This document shows, one piece after another, positions 20,842-30,650 of a DNA stretch of 64,000 nucleotides. Every line of letters begins with the position of its first letter. Within the stretch, counting starts at the first letter, position 1. Below the pieces are notes generated by a model that was not told where the DNA came from, ran no database searches, and saw only the letters and a list, made by a program, of their open reading frames with translations. The stretch lies in the NCBI GenBank assembly GCA_002503055.1, contig DAQX01000029.1, positions 2,674 to 66,673 on the forward strand, given 5' to 3'. The position numbers and the translations under genes were made by a program. This stretch comes from Euryarchaeota archaeon UBA86 (GTDB lineage: Archaea > Thermoplasmatota > Poseidoniia > Poseidoniales > Thalassarchaeaceae).

Positions 20842-21120
20842 CTAATCAATCTGATTTTCTCTTCTTAGTCTAGTCACTCCTACAATTAGAGATAGAATAC
20901 AAACCAAAGCCGCCACATTTGCGGCAATTATCGAAATTGATCCGATTAGGATTCCGTAGATTAGCCATAATACGAGAGCCGTAGAAACCAACCAGAAAGT
21001 GGGAAGTGAGATGCCCTCATGAAGTCCTTCTATCCACACCTCTCTCAACTGAGGAAGCCAAGCCATTACGCCTAATGTTCCAGCAATGATTCCAATCGAT
21101 TCAATCAGAAAGGTCTGCAT
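20842..21120 (-). CDS. SemiSWEET/PQ-loop transporter
   Basis: 3 TM helices; WLPQ, GISL, LWLIYG, AAN motifs. Confidence 0.82.
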   Translation of the reverse strand: MQTFLIESIGIIAGTLGVMAWLPQLREVWIEGLHEGISLPTFWLVSTALVLWLIYGILIGSISIIAANVAALVCILSLIVGVTRLRRENQID

Positions 21121-21127
21121 GCTAACC

Positions 21128-22012
21128 TCAAAGATCATCTCGGTCCGATTTACCATCTGATGACCACTCATAGATTCCCTTGCCGACTTTCTTTCCTAGA
21201 TTTCCAGTTTCGACCAAACGATCGAGCATAGGATGTGGCAAGTATCGATCATCATCGAAAGCCTCGGCCAGATTGTTCAAAATATCGCGACGAACATCTA
21301 AACCAACTAAGTCGCTTAACTCAAGAGGTCCCATTGGATGCTTGTAGCCAAGTCGCATAGCAGTGTCAATGTCGCTAGCTGAGGCGACCCCATCTGCAAG
21401 CATCCTAATCGCCTCATTGCCCAGAACCACGCCCAATCTACTGGTAGCGAAACCCGGCACATCGCGAACAAGAATAGTTTCCTTTCCCATTGCAGAACCG
21501 ATTGATTGCGCGACTTTGACAGTGTCATCCGAACACGATTCATGACGAACTAACTCTATTAGACTCATCAACGGAACCGGATTGAAGAAATGCATCCCGA
21601 TAATCCTCTCCGGACACCCAGTAACACTCGCAATGTCTCCAATTCGTAGGCCGGAGGTATTGGTTGCAATAATTGCGTGAGAAGGCGCCATCTCTTCGAG
21701 CTGACGAAAGATACTTTGCTTCAGTTCCATTATCTCGGGCACGGCCTCGATTACGAGATCAGCACCAGATACTGCCGTGGACATATCATCGTGCGAACTA
21801 AGATTAGCCAACCACTCTGATTTCTGCTGCTCTGTGGTCTTACCGCGAACGATCCCTTTGTTCCAGAAGGAACTAATCGAATCCATGCCCTTCTGAAGCC
21901 CCTCAGGAAATGCATCGTAGAGCCGGGTTTGCCAACCAGTCTGAGCACAAACCTGAGCAATTCCGGAACCCATCGTCCCGGCGCCGATGACGGCGACGGT
22001 TCGGATACTCAT
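21128..22012 (-). CDS. 3-hydroxyacyl-CoA dehydrogenase (PaaH/Hbd-like)
   Basis: GAGTMGSG, EAVPE, TNTS, GMHFFNP, PMGP..L.D.VGLD. Confidence 0.93.
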   Translation of the reverse strand: MSIRTVAVIGAGTMGSGIAQVCAQTGWQTRLYDAFPEGLQKGMDSISSFWNKGIVRGKTTEQQKSEWLANLSSHDDMSTAVSGADLVIEAVPEIMELKQSIFRQLEEMAPSHAIIATNTSGLRIGDIASVTGCPERIIGMHFFNPVPLMSLIELVRHESCSDDTVKVAQSIGSAMGKETILVRDVPGFATSRLGVVLGNEAIRMLADGVASASDIDTAMRLGYKHPMGPLELSDLVGLDVRRDILNNLAEAFDDDRYLPHPMLDRLVETGNLGKKVGKGIYEWSSDGKSDRDDL

Positions 22013-22016
22013 TGAC

Positions 22017-22577
22017 TCACTCCCGGCCGTATGCTGCTAGCGCTGCTTGAAACAGTCGCTGACGAGGCACATCATGCTCTAGGAAGCAGGTGAACGGAGC
22101 GACATCCTTGAGCAACTCAATTGCAGAAACATATGCTCCGTATACATACGGGTCAGCGGTTTCTGTGCTAGGGATATCTATTCCCAACTTGCTCAATCCT
22201 CTGAGTGTATCCTCGTCCCAGATAGCATATGTGTGACTTGTGAAATGTAAGTAGGCGGAAAGCCGGCGCATATCTGACCTAGCCTTCTCAGTAAAACTCT
22301 CGATTAGGAGGGTGTCAGGGTACCTGATAGCATAGAGGGCCAGCAAAACTTCCCTCTGAGTCTCCTCGCGCCAATCGCGCTTTGGCAAACCCATCCATGA
22401 GTCAATCATGTCAAGCATTTCCTGATTGTATGGTCTGCGAATTCTGTAGAGTAACTCCTCGTAACCATCAGCGTCCTGCTCGTCAGAATGGTGGTGCTCG
22501 TGGAAGTACTCGGTCAACTTGTCGAAGAATGGAGCGCAACGCTCCTTATCGAACATGGTCAAAGCGACATGCTGCAT
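22017..22577 (-). CDS. Hypothetical protein inside the BoxB-like cluster
   Basis: 186-aa ORF tightly packed between co-oriented genes (4 and 15 nt gaps). Confidence 0.75.
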   Translation of the reverse strand: MQHVALTMFDKERCAPFFDKLTEYFHEHHHSDEQDADGYEELLYRIRRPYNQEMLDMIDSWMGLPKRDWREETQREVLLALYAIRYPDTLLIESFTEKARSDMRRLSAYLHFTSHTYAIWDEDTLRGLSKLGIDIPSTETADPYVYGAYVSAIELLKDVAPFTCFLEHDVPRQRLFQAALAAYGRE

Positions 22578-22592
22578 GTAAATCCCTCAGAA

Positions 22593-23735
22593 TCAGTTAC
22601 CCTTCCACTCGCGATACTGAATCCACTCTTCTTTCATGTACTCATTGACCAGCCTATCCTCGTCTTCATCAGTAGGAAGTACCGACGAGAGATAGTTTTC
22701 CCAAGCATCATCATCACCATCGAAAATCTCTCCATGAACAGTATAGCGCTTACCAGCATACTTGCCGATGCCGCGCTTGAACTTGTCAGAAGGGATGTAG
22801 AGTTCAGGCTCACCTTCCTTTCTAGCCTTGCTAATTCTGCGCATCTCTTCACGCAACTCTTGGAAGTATAGATCTCTGCTTGCTTCGTTCAAATGCTCTC
22901 TGTCTGCTGATTCCGAAGACTCCCTCTCATCATATCTGCCCTTAACTCCGTACACATATGCCCACTGAGCACTAGACGAGTCATCTGTTCCGAATAGGTC
23001 GAGTCCAGTGCTTACCCACTTGTTGACATACTTCTGAATCAGAGCACATGGAATGACTCCTTGCTTTACGATTCTTCGAAGACCATTTGCACCTGTTCCT
23101 AGGTGGAATGACTCCTCCTTGAGCATAGGGCCCATTGAGGCAGCGAGCGGCTTGAATGAAGAAGTACTGAGCATCTTCAGCTGGTACTTACCATCACGGT
23201 CGATGAAGTGAGTGAACATGAAGAAGTCAAGCCAATGATCAATTGGTTCGTTGAAAGAACCAAGGATTCGAGTCCCATCCTGAGCATTTCTCTCCAACAA
23301 CTTAGCTGCTTCACGAACTCCCTGCTCACCAAAGAAGGTGCAAAGTAGGTAAGCCATCTGCCAGCCGTGGCGCTGCTCTTCACACATGATTCTGAGAGCG
23401 GACTTGCGATCATATTCCGTCGGTGCAGAAGCCAATAGGTGGTTCTGTTGTTCGACAGATGCGAACTCCGTATCTCCCTGAACACTTACCATATTGATGA
23501 TTGCATCTCTGATGGTCTGCTGAGGAATCTGCATCCTCCTCTGCCACTTTGGTCTGCCTTCGAAATCTCCGAACTCGATAGTGTCTCCAGCGGTATCCCA
23601 GTCGAACTTGATATCGAACCTGTAGTCACCTAGCCAAGAAGGGTCAAACCCTATTCTAGTCTGCCACTCATTAAACTCTTCAATCCACACTTCGAAGTTC
23701 TGCGTGTAGTCTGCTACTATCTCTGCGTCTGCCAT
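22593..23735 (-). CDS. boxB: BoxB-like aromatic-acyl-CoA epoxidase catalytic subunit (di-iron, ferritin-like)
   Basis: QGDTEFASVEQQ, EEQRH, RILGSFN, DRDGKYQL, EESFH match the benzoyl-CoA epoxidase B pattern. Confidence 0.8.
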   Translation of the reverse strand: MADAEIVADYTQNFEVWIEEFNEWQTRIGFDPSWLGDYRFDIKFDWDTAGDTIEFGDFEGRPKWQRRMQIPQQTIRDAIINMVSVQGDTEFASVEQQNHLLASAPTEYDRKSALRIMCEEQRHGWQMAYLLCTFFGEQGVREAAKLLERNAQDGTRILGSFNEPIDHWLDFFMFTHFIDRDGKYQLKMLSTSSFKPLAASMGPMLKEESFHLGTGANGLRRIVKQGVIPCALIQKYVNKWVSTGLDLFGTDDSSSAQWAYVYGVKGRYDERESSESADREHLNEASRDLYFQELREEMRRISKARKEGEPELYIPSDKFKRGIGKYAGKRYTVHGEIFDGDDDAWENYLSSVLPTDEDEDRLVNEYMKEEWIQYREWKGN

Positions 23736-23803
23736 CGTTAATTGGCAGAGATAACAGGTATATCAAACGCTGTATATGAAAGCGCACTCTACAGAGTGCG
23801 GTC

Positions 23804-24661
23804 TCAGTTACCATCGAATTCTGGAACTTCTCTGTTCACATATGCCGCAATACCCTTCTTGGCATCCTCACTCTGGAACAAATCCGACTGCAACTCTCTT
23901 TCTAGGGCCAAATGGTACTCTAGTGGAATCTCCATCCCACTCTGCACACTTCGCTTTATGTTTCCAATGGCCTTACTCGCAGCGTAGGGTAGAGTGAACT
24001 GGCCAGCATAGTCAAGCACATCTTGTTGGAACTCATCCAAACTTCCAGCCCAAACATCGTGAACTAGATCCATTTCCTTGGCTTCCTCGTATGAGAACTT
24101 ACGTCCTGTAACCATAATTTCCATCGCCTTTGCCTTGCCTACTAAGCGGGCAAGTCTAGCAGTACCTCCGGTTCCTGCAAGCACTCCTAGAGAGACTTCC
24201 GGTAGTCCGACTTGACCCGAGTCCTTGCGGCCGATACGAATGTCGGCGGACATTGCAATCTCAAGTCCACCGCCGACAGCGTGACCGTTCAGTGCAGCGA
24301 TAACAAGCTTGGGAGTCTGCTCTAATCTGCTCAGAGTTTCATTGGCGTGAAGACAGAAGAAATACTTGAATCCGGGACTAACTGAATCCAGCATGCTGAT
24401 GCTGGCTCCTGCCGAGAAGAACTTCTCTCCGTATCCAGTTAGGAGGATTACGGTTACATCATCGTCGAAGCGAGCCTTAAGCACAGCCTCATCGATATCT
24501 CTCATCATTGCGTGAGTATAGGTGTTCACCGGAGTCTTACCCTCAGTTAGCGGCTCGCCAGCGGAATCAGAGCACAGTTCGATTACTGCGATTCCGTTGT
24601 CAGTCACTCCGTAGTTCACAAGGTTGTTCTGCATTGGCTGCATTTCCGGCCAAGATGTCAT
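23804..24661 (-). CDS. Crotonase-family hydratase/lyase of the type found in Box clusters
   Basis: FFSAGASISML, FCLHANET, GHAVGGGLE, LPEVSLGVLAGTGG; start taken as ATG 24661 (TTGAT 29 nt upstream), ATG 24634-24685 also possible. Confidence 0.85.
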   Translation of the reverse strand: MTSWPEMQPMQNNLVNYGVTDNGIAVIELCSDSAGEPLTEGKTPVNTYTHAMMRDIDEAVLKARFDDDVTVILLTGYGEKFFSAGASISMLDSVSPGFKYFFCLHANETLSRLEQTPKLVIAALNGHAVGGGLEIAMSADIRIGRKDSGQVGLPEVSLGVLAGTGGTARLARLVGKAKAMEIMVTGRKFSYEEAKEMDLVHDVWAGSLDEFQQDVLDYAGQFTLPYAASKAIGNIKRSVQSGMEIPLEYHLALERELQSDLFQSEDAKKGIAAYVNREVPEFDGN

Positions 24662-24714
24662 ACCCGGGCCACTCAGGGACGCCATATCAAACAAACGGAG
24701 ACGAATGACGCCTT

Positions 24715-25944
24715 TCAGGCGTCGCCATCTCCGAAAGAGATTGATCCTCCGCCTTTGCGAATTGCCTCCCACTGTGAACCAATCTCCTCGGCTCGCGGAC
24801 TCGGTTCCCACGAGTCGCGAGACAGAGAACTCCTGAACGGCATCCTTCGAACCATCCTACCATCTTTCAGTTGCTTACGCCGCAGCATGCCTGCCCTAAC
24901 AATGGGCCAGAGCATTAGTCGAAGTGGCCCAGGAGCATACAACCAGCGCATGAAGACTAAACCGTCGCCTTTTCTGCGCTGGTTTCTCATCCAGTGATTA
25001 GCGACCAGTTTGAATCCCCTGTCTCCGACTCTGTTCATCAAGAAGCGATTGATGGCACTGGCTCGAACCAGAGGGACCAAGCGCTTTCGGACTTCAGCCT
25101 CGTAATCAGATTCTCCAAGTATTGCCTTAGCTGCAAAGACTCCGCTAGTGATTGCATAGCGCATCCCGAATCCCCACATGAAGTCCTGTAGCCCACCTGC
25201 TTCACCAACATAGTATCGCCCCTCGTGGACATACCTGTCAGGTAGTGAAAAGTCGCCTTTACCACCAACTCTCTTGATGGGTCTACGATTGAGTTCGTAG
25301 TGCTGCTCATACCACGCAATCGTCTCGTTCAGATAGCGCGATGTACGCTTCTGTTTACGCCAAAGGCAGGTGCAGATTAGTCCAATGCCATCGATAATAA
25401 TCAGGTAAGAGTAGGCACCAGGGGCGAGCTTGTCATTGAGTTGGAATGAAACATGGTTAGGATGGTCAGTGTGAAAGATTTCACCGAAGGCAACCGCACT
25501 CGATTCCTTGGGCCCGGCTGCGACAATATGACAGTCTTCAGGAGGCCTCCGAGTACCATAGTGTATGGTGGCACCCGCAGCCGTTGCCATTCGCTTGAAT
25601 CCCTGGTCAATGCAGTGCGAGTCAGTACCACGTTCGACCACTCTGAAGGCAACACCGTCAGTAATAGGGTTGGTAATTTCATCATCGGGATGAATCAGGT
25701 CAATGATATCGAAGTCGTTAGACTTGAACTCTTCAGGATCTAAACCCCAATCACGCATTTCATCGAAGAAGTCCGACTCACTACTGGTCCAATTTTCGAT
25801 ACCTTGGAAATCCCCATCGAAACGAGCACCACTGTCATTTCTAATTTCATGCACATGGACCTCCCTGCCTGCCTTAGCCAGATAGGTCGCTGCGGCCAGT
25901 CCAGAAAGTCCAGCGCCGAGAATGTGGACTGGCTCCTCACTCAT
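24715..25944 (-). CDS. FAD-dependent oxidoreductase (geranylgeranyl-reductase-like superfamily)
   Basis: GAGLSG..AA..LA, VGEAGGLQD..WGFG.RYA..SG. Confidence 0.8.
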   Translation of the reverse strand: MSEEPVHILGAGLSGLAAATYLAKAGREVHVHEIRNDSGARFDGDFQGIENWTSSESDFFDEMRDWGLDPEEFKSNDFDIIDLIHPDDEITNPITDGVAFRVVERGTDSHCIDQGFKRMATAAGATIHYGTRRPPEDCHIVAAGPKESSAVAFGEIFHTDHPNHVSFQLNDKLAPGAYSYLIIIDGIGLICTCLWRKQKRTSRYLNETIAWYEQHYELNRRPIKRVGGKGDFSLPDRYVHEGRYYVGEAGGLQDFMWGFGMRYAITSGVFAAKAILGESDYEAEVRKRLVPLVRASAINRFLMNRVGDRGFKLVANHWMRNQRRKGDGLVFMRWLYAPGPLRLMLWPIVRAGMLRRKQLKDGRMVRRMPFRSSLSRDSWEPSPRAEEIGSQWEAIRKGGGSISFGDGDA

Positions 25945-26021
25945 GCTACCGCGAACATTCACCCCTGCTTGAACGGTTGGGTCTTGCGTGGCGTTCAAGC
26001 GCGACACCCGCATGGCCAGTC

Positions 26022-26444
26022 ATGCCAAGCGTGCGGGTGCTAGTTGAACCCGAACAACTCGAACCCGATTCACTCCGCCAAGAACTTGAGACAGAGGGCT
26101 GCGGAAGTGTAGTCAGTTTTGTTGGCTTGACTCGTGGAGAGGACGATGGAATCGCTGTAGAGAGGCTGGAGTTCGATGCATGGGAAGAAAAACTTCCCGA
26201 TGTACTGAATAATTTAGCCGAGCAGGCGATAATTCAATTCGGTGTTAAATCAGTGGTAATGGCACATCGCACTGGCTCAGTAGGCCCTAGCGAGCCAATA
26301 GTCTGCATCCACACCGCCTCTCCTCACAGGGCCGAGGGCTTCGAGGCCTGTAGTTGGCTAATTGACGAACTCAAGCGACAAGCTCCTTTGTGGAAGAAAG
26401 AAGTCAGGGCCGATGGGGAAATCTGGAAGGCTGGCCTGGGCTGA
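26022..26444 (+). CDS. moaE: Molybdopterin synthase catalytic subunit
   Basis: F.G..R, HRTG, S.HR, LK...P.WKKE. Confidence 0.92.
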   Translation: MPSVRVLVEPEQLEPDSLRQELETEGCGSVVSFVGLTRGEDDGIAVERLEFDAWEEKLPDVLNNLAEQAIIQFGVKSVVMAHRTGSVGPSEPIVCIHTASPHRAEGFEACSWLIDELKRQAPLWKKEVRADGEIWKAGLG

Positions 26445-27779
26445 TTAGATCGCGCCTACACCACTGATCGCATTCGGTACATTCGAAGCGATCCCTTCGA
26501 CCATCATCCAACCGTGCCCTTTGATGCCGTCTCCAACCAGTCGAATTCCATCTACGCCAATATCAGAAGGCAACTCTGCACCCTGCGGGGCTCGATTACA
26601 CGGCCAGTTCCTATGGTAAGAGTGAACACATATTTCCTCAGCGTGGTCAGATAACCACGGAATCGCTTCGTACAGATCATCTCTGCCCTTGCTAATCTCC
26701 GACTTAACAGTCGGGTCAGGAACAAACTGGTGAGTAATCATCAGATGCTTACCTTCGGGAGCCAGACTAGAATCTGAGAAGGTAGGGATGACATATCCAC
26801 CAACTCGTTCTAGTCCTGGAAGCATGGTAACACCGCTACCTCGATGAGGGATATCATCATCGAGAGCAAACGCAAAACCAATTCCCCCTACTGCCTGAGT
26901 ATCACGCACTTGCTCTCTGACGCCTTCTGTAACCTCGAAGTCTTCAGAAAGTGAATTTAGCAGGTTAGGATGACCACCGTTGTGAATAATTGAATCTGCA
27001 CCAACCCACTTCGCTTCGTCACGCCCTCGTCGTCGTACACCAATGCAAAACCTGTGATTCTTAGTCGACTCCTCTTCATCACCGGGAAGGATTTCTGTTA
27101 TCTCGTGAGATAGCTTGACTCGCGTACCATTCTCACGCAGATCCTTCCTCAAACCATCTATCACACCTTTGCAGCCGCCTTTCGGAACATGTGGCCTGTC
27201 ACTCCAGAAAGAATTCTGCAACATTCTGACAACAGTTGAGGCTGGCATTTGATCGAATCTTAGGCTAATTGCGAAGTTTGAGAATGCATCTAGAAAATCT
27301 ATGAAATCATCAGAAAATCGCCTTGACAACCAAGTTCTACCATCTTCAGTCTCGTCCTCCCAGGGATCCTTCGCTCTTTTCATTAGGAGACCTGGTAGAT
27401 TGATTGCGTCCTTAGCAGAGAACCATGGAAGAATACCAAAAGCCGAACCGGCTCTACTCAACTTACCATCTCTGATTTGACAGGCGAACTTTGTTGTTGG
27501 AAGAAACTCAACTCCATGCCGCCCTAATTCGAGCCCACCCCTTCTGCGCTTGCCTAGGATCATATTGGCAAATGGCCCCTTTTTCCCATGTGGTATCATA
27601 TGGACAGCACCGGTAGGAATCTGATATCCATCGTGATCGTGCTGAGTGAACCTACCTCCTGCGAAAGACATTCTCTCATATACACTGACATCTGATCTAC
27701 CGGTCTGCGCAATCAGCGCAGCAGACATCAGGCCACCCACACCCGCTCCAATCACGACTGTTTTCGGTTTGTCAGCCAT
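26445..27779 (-). CDS. Phytoene-desaturase-like FAD oxidoreductase (archaeal COG1233 type)
   Basis: GAGVGG, GGRF, TGAVHMIPHG..GP, PKGG, WP.NRA, VGDG. Confidence 0.78.
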   Translation of the reverse strand: MADKPKTVVIGAGVGGLMSAALIAQTGRSDVSVYERMSFAGGRFTQHDHDGYQIPTGAVHMIPHGKKGPFANMILGKRRRGGLELGRHGVEFLPTTKFACQIRDGKLSRAGSAFGILPWFSAKDAINLPGLLMKRAKDPWEDETEDGRTWLSRRFSDDFIDFLDAFSNFAISLRFDQMPASTVVRMLQNSFWSDRPHVPKGGCKGVIDGLRKDLRENGTRVKLSHEITEILPGDEEESTKNHRFCIGVRRRGRDEAKWVGADSIIHNGGHPNLLNSLSEDFEVTEGVREQVRDTQAVGGIGFAFALDDDIPHRGSGVTMLPGLERVGGYVIPTFSDSSLAPEGKHLMITHQFVPDPTVKSEISKGRDDLYEAIPWLSDHAEEICVHSYHRNWPCNRAPQGAELPSDIGVDGIRLVGDGIKGHGWMMVEGIASNVPNAISGVGAI

Positions 27780-27788
27780 TGATGCACC

Positions 27789-28049
27789 TCAGGTGTAGAC
27801 CAATGCTCCTGTTGGACACCACAGTAAGCACCTCAAACAGTCAGTGCAATTTTCTAGAATAACCTCACATAATCCCTCCACAACTAGTGCATCGTCCTTA
27901 CAAGCCATTAGGCAATATGAGCATCCTACGCATAGATCATCCATAACCCCGAGACGCATCGCATCTGTGATAGGGCGGTCATGGCTAATTCCAGAAATCA
28001 ATACCGGTACCGCACCGGGCGTAGCCCTCTCCCGAAAGGTCCCTACCAT
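27789..28049 (-). CDS. 2x[4Fe-4S] ferredoxin
   Basis: CVGCSYCLMAC and CTDCLRCLLWCP. Confidence 0.88.
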   Translation of the reverse strand: MVGTFRERATPGAVPVLISGISHDRPITDAMRLGVMDDLCVGCSYCLMACKDDALVVEGLCEVILENCTDCLRCLLWCPTGALVYT

Positions 28050-28150
28050 AACTTCACATCGTGGAGTACTATTTCAGATGTTATCCATATTCGGATATTT
28101 TCGTTAACTTCTCGCTGAATTATAAGTGAAGACCCCCCGTATGTGGAAAG

Positions 28151-28612
28151 ATGGACGACGAGGGCTGGACAGGAATGGTCGACATAGGTTCCAAGCCGGT
28201 AGTTGCCCGTGAGGCAGTAGCAACTGGAGTATTGATACTCTCAGAGACCGCTATCGATGTCGTCGCAAATGGACGCTCCCCCAAGGGCGATGTCAGAGAA
28301 GCCTCGACCATAGCAGCCATTCAGGCGGTTAAGGAGACTCCCCGAACACTGCCCCATTGTCATCCCATACCGATCGAAGGCTGCGATGTTGATTGGAAGA
28401 TTGAGGGTGGCGGACTTCGTTGTACTGTCACTGTCAGAACACATTGGACTACAGGAGTTGAGATGGAGGCACTTTGCGGAGTCAGCGCTGCGCTACTATG
28501 TGCATGGGACATGCTGAAACCACTCGAGAAGGACTCTAATGGGCAATATCCCAACTCTCGGATTGAAGGAATCCGTGTGCTCAGAAAGAGTAAGTCAGAC
28601 CCGCATAATTGA
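28151..28612 (+). CDS. moaC: Cyclic pyranopterin monophosphate synthase
   Basis: MVDIGSK, KGDV, P.CHP, TGVEMEAL, DMLK. Confidence 0.94.
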   Translation: MDDEGWTGMVDIGSKPVVAREAVATGVLILSETAIDVVANGRSPKGDVREASTIAAIQAVKETPRTLPHCHPIPIEGCDVDWKIEGGGLRCTVTVRTHWTTGVEMEALCGVSAALLCAWDMLKPLEKDSNGQYPNSRIEGIRVLRKSKSDPHN

Positions 28613-29584
28613 ATGCCTAGACCCACTCCGGTATCTATGGCTACAAGGGACTTAGCGGACCACTTTGTACAAGCCACCGAGGCCGCAGCCGTAGCAGCTT
28701 CGAAGTGGATAGGCCTCGGAGATGGAAAGGCTGCAGATGGAGCAGCGGTCGAAGCCATGCGCACTGTATTCGACAATATCCCATTCGACGGCAGGGTTGC
28801 GATAGGAGAAGGTGAACGAGACGACGCCCCTATGTTGTGGATCGGAGAACCCCTCGGATCGATGCAAGGTAAGCCGGGATCTCCTAGCATAGATATCGCA
28901 GTAGATCCTCTCGAGTGTACTAATCATGTTGCCTTGGACAAGCCAAACGCAATGGCGGTTCTAGCTGCTGCTCCTAGAGGGGCTTTGCTACATGCTCCTG
29001 ATTGTTATATGGACAAAATTACGGGACCCGCGGAGATGGCCGGGCACATCAGCCTCGAGGCCGATGTATCATACAATGTCGAGGCTGCATGCAGTGTTCT
29101 CGACAAACACAGTTCACTGCTCAAGGTTGTGGTTATGGATAGGCCTAGACACGAAGACCTGATTCGTGATTTGAATCAATACGATGTAGATGTAGTACTA
29201 ATTGGAGACGGCGATATTGCGGCCGCACTAAACGCCGCTGATCCAAATTCAGATATTGATATGTTGATGGGAATAGGAGCAGCCCCTGAGGGCGTAATCA
29301 CCGCTACCGCTCTGCGCGGTTTGAAGGCACCATTCGAAGGTCGTTTGATTTTCAAGAATGACGGTCACCGAGACAGGGCAGAGAAGATGATTGACGGCGA
29401 TGTCGACAGACTTTGGAGCAGAGATGAACTCTGCTCCTCTGATGATTCAATTTTCATCGGAACAGGAGTCTGTGCTGGACGAACCAGAGGGGTCGAGGAG
29501 ACTGAAGATGGACGCCACTCGGTTCACTCAGAAGTGATAGATGTCAGTTCTGGCGAGCATTACTATTTATCCTCCGTGCGATGA
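28613..29584 (+). CDS. glpX: Class II fructose-1,6-bisphosphatase
   Basis: TEAAA, IGEGERDDAPML, AVDPLECT, GDGD, GAAPEGV. Confidence 0.94.
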   Translation: MPRPTPVSMATRDLADHFVQATEAAAVAASKWIGLGDGKAADGAAVEAMRTVFDNIPFDGRVAIGEGERDDAPMLWIGEPLGSMQGKPGSPSIDIAVDPLECTNHVALDKPNAMAVLAAAPRGALLHAPDCYMDKITGPAEMAGHISLEADVSYNVEAACSVLDKHSSLLKVVVMDRPRHEDLIRDLNQYDVDVVLIGDGDIAAALNAADPNSDIDMLMGIGAAPEGVITATALRGLKAPFEGRLIFKNDGHRDRAEKMIDGDVDRLWSRDELCSSDDSIFIGTGVCAGRTRGVEETEDGRHSVHSEVIDVSSGEHYYLSSVR

Positions 29585-29625
29585 CTTCATCTCTTGCGAC
29601 CTATACGAATCTACGAGGCAATAGT

Positions 29626-30645
29626 ATGGATGAAGGATTACTCGAGCAAACAGCGAATCAGTTAGTAGCTCCCGGAAAGGGGATTCTAGCAGCAGATGAG
29701 AGTAATGGTACGATGTCCAAGAGATTGGCCGTAGTAGGCGTTGAGCCTTCTGCTGAGACAAGACGCTCCTACCGTGCTAACTTACTATCCACCGATGATT
29801 ACCAGTCCGCTGTGTCTGGAGTGATTCTGTTTGATGAGACAATTCGGCAGGACATGGATGACGGTTCATCAATCGTAGATGCCCTAAATGCCATAGGAAT
29901 TCATCCCGGAATTAAAGTCGATACAGGAGCGAAGGAACTGGCTAATCACCCGGGTGAGAAGATTACTGAGGGACTAGACGGACTTAGGGAAAGATGCTCT
30001 GGATACTTCGCAATGGGTGCAAGATTCGCTAAGTGGCGCGCCGTAATTAAAATCGGGGACGGAATGCCAAGTAAGGCCTGTATCTCAACAAATGCTCACG
30101 CCTTAGCGCGATACTCAGCAATTTGTCAAGAGCAGGGATTGGTCCCTATAATCGAACCAGAGGTATTGATGGACGGAGATCACGATGCTCAGAGATGCTA
30201 CGATGTAACTGCGGAGATTCTAGACGCTACATTTGCTGCTTGCACAGAGCAAGGAGTTCACATTCCCGGAGCACTACTCAAGCCGAACATGGTGATGGCG
30301 GGCTCGGGCTGTTCGAATCAAGCAACACGGGAAGAGGTGGCTAAGTTAACTGTGGACTGTTTGACCAATCATGTCCCTCACGACCTTCCTGGTATTGTAT
30401 TCCTCTCAGGTGGACAGTCTGATGAGGACGCAACCGCACATCTCAATCTGATGAATAAGATGAGCGTCAATCATCCTTGGCAATTATCCTACTCCTATGG
30501 AAGAGCCCTGCAAGCCCACGCACTCAAGACCTGGGCTCAAGGAGGCCCCGAGTCAGCGGCCGAGAGCCAAGAGATGTTTGCTCACAGGGCGAAGATGAAC
30601 AGCCTAGCCAGGAGTGGCGATTGGAGTCCGGACCTAGAGGTCTAG
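29626..30645 (+). CDS. Class I fructose-bisphosphate aldolase (eukaryote/bacteria-type)
   Basis: GKGILAADES, FAKWR, PIIEPEV, LKPNMV, FLSGGQ, SYGRALQ. Confidence 0.95.
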   Translation: MDEGLLEQTANQLVAPGKGILAADESNGTMSKRLAVVGVEPSAETRRSYRANLLSTDDYQSAVSGVILFDETIRQDMDDGSSIVDALNAIGIHPGIKVDTGAKELANHPGEKITEGLDGLRERCSGYFAMGARFAKWRAVIKIGDGMPSKACISTNAHALARYSAICQEQGLVPIIEPEVLMDGDHDAQRCYDVTAEILDATFAACTEQGVHIPGALLKPNMVMAGSGCSNQATREEVAKLTVDCLTNHVPHDLPGIVFLSGGQSDEDATAHLNLMNKMSVNHPWQLSYSYGRALQAHALKTWAQGGPESAAESQEMFAHRAKMNSLARSGDWSPDLEV

Positions 30646-30650
30646 TTTAT

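Noticed and set aside
24662..24811. Long overlap between the crotonase ORF and the FAD oxidoreductase
   Set aside because: Artefact of the longest-ORF start; the true start is downstream
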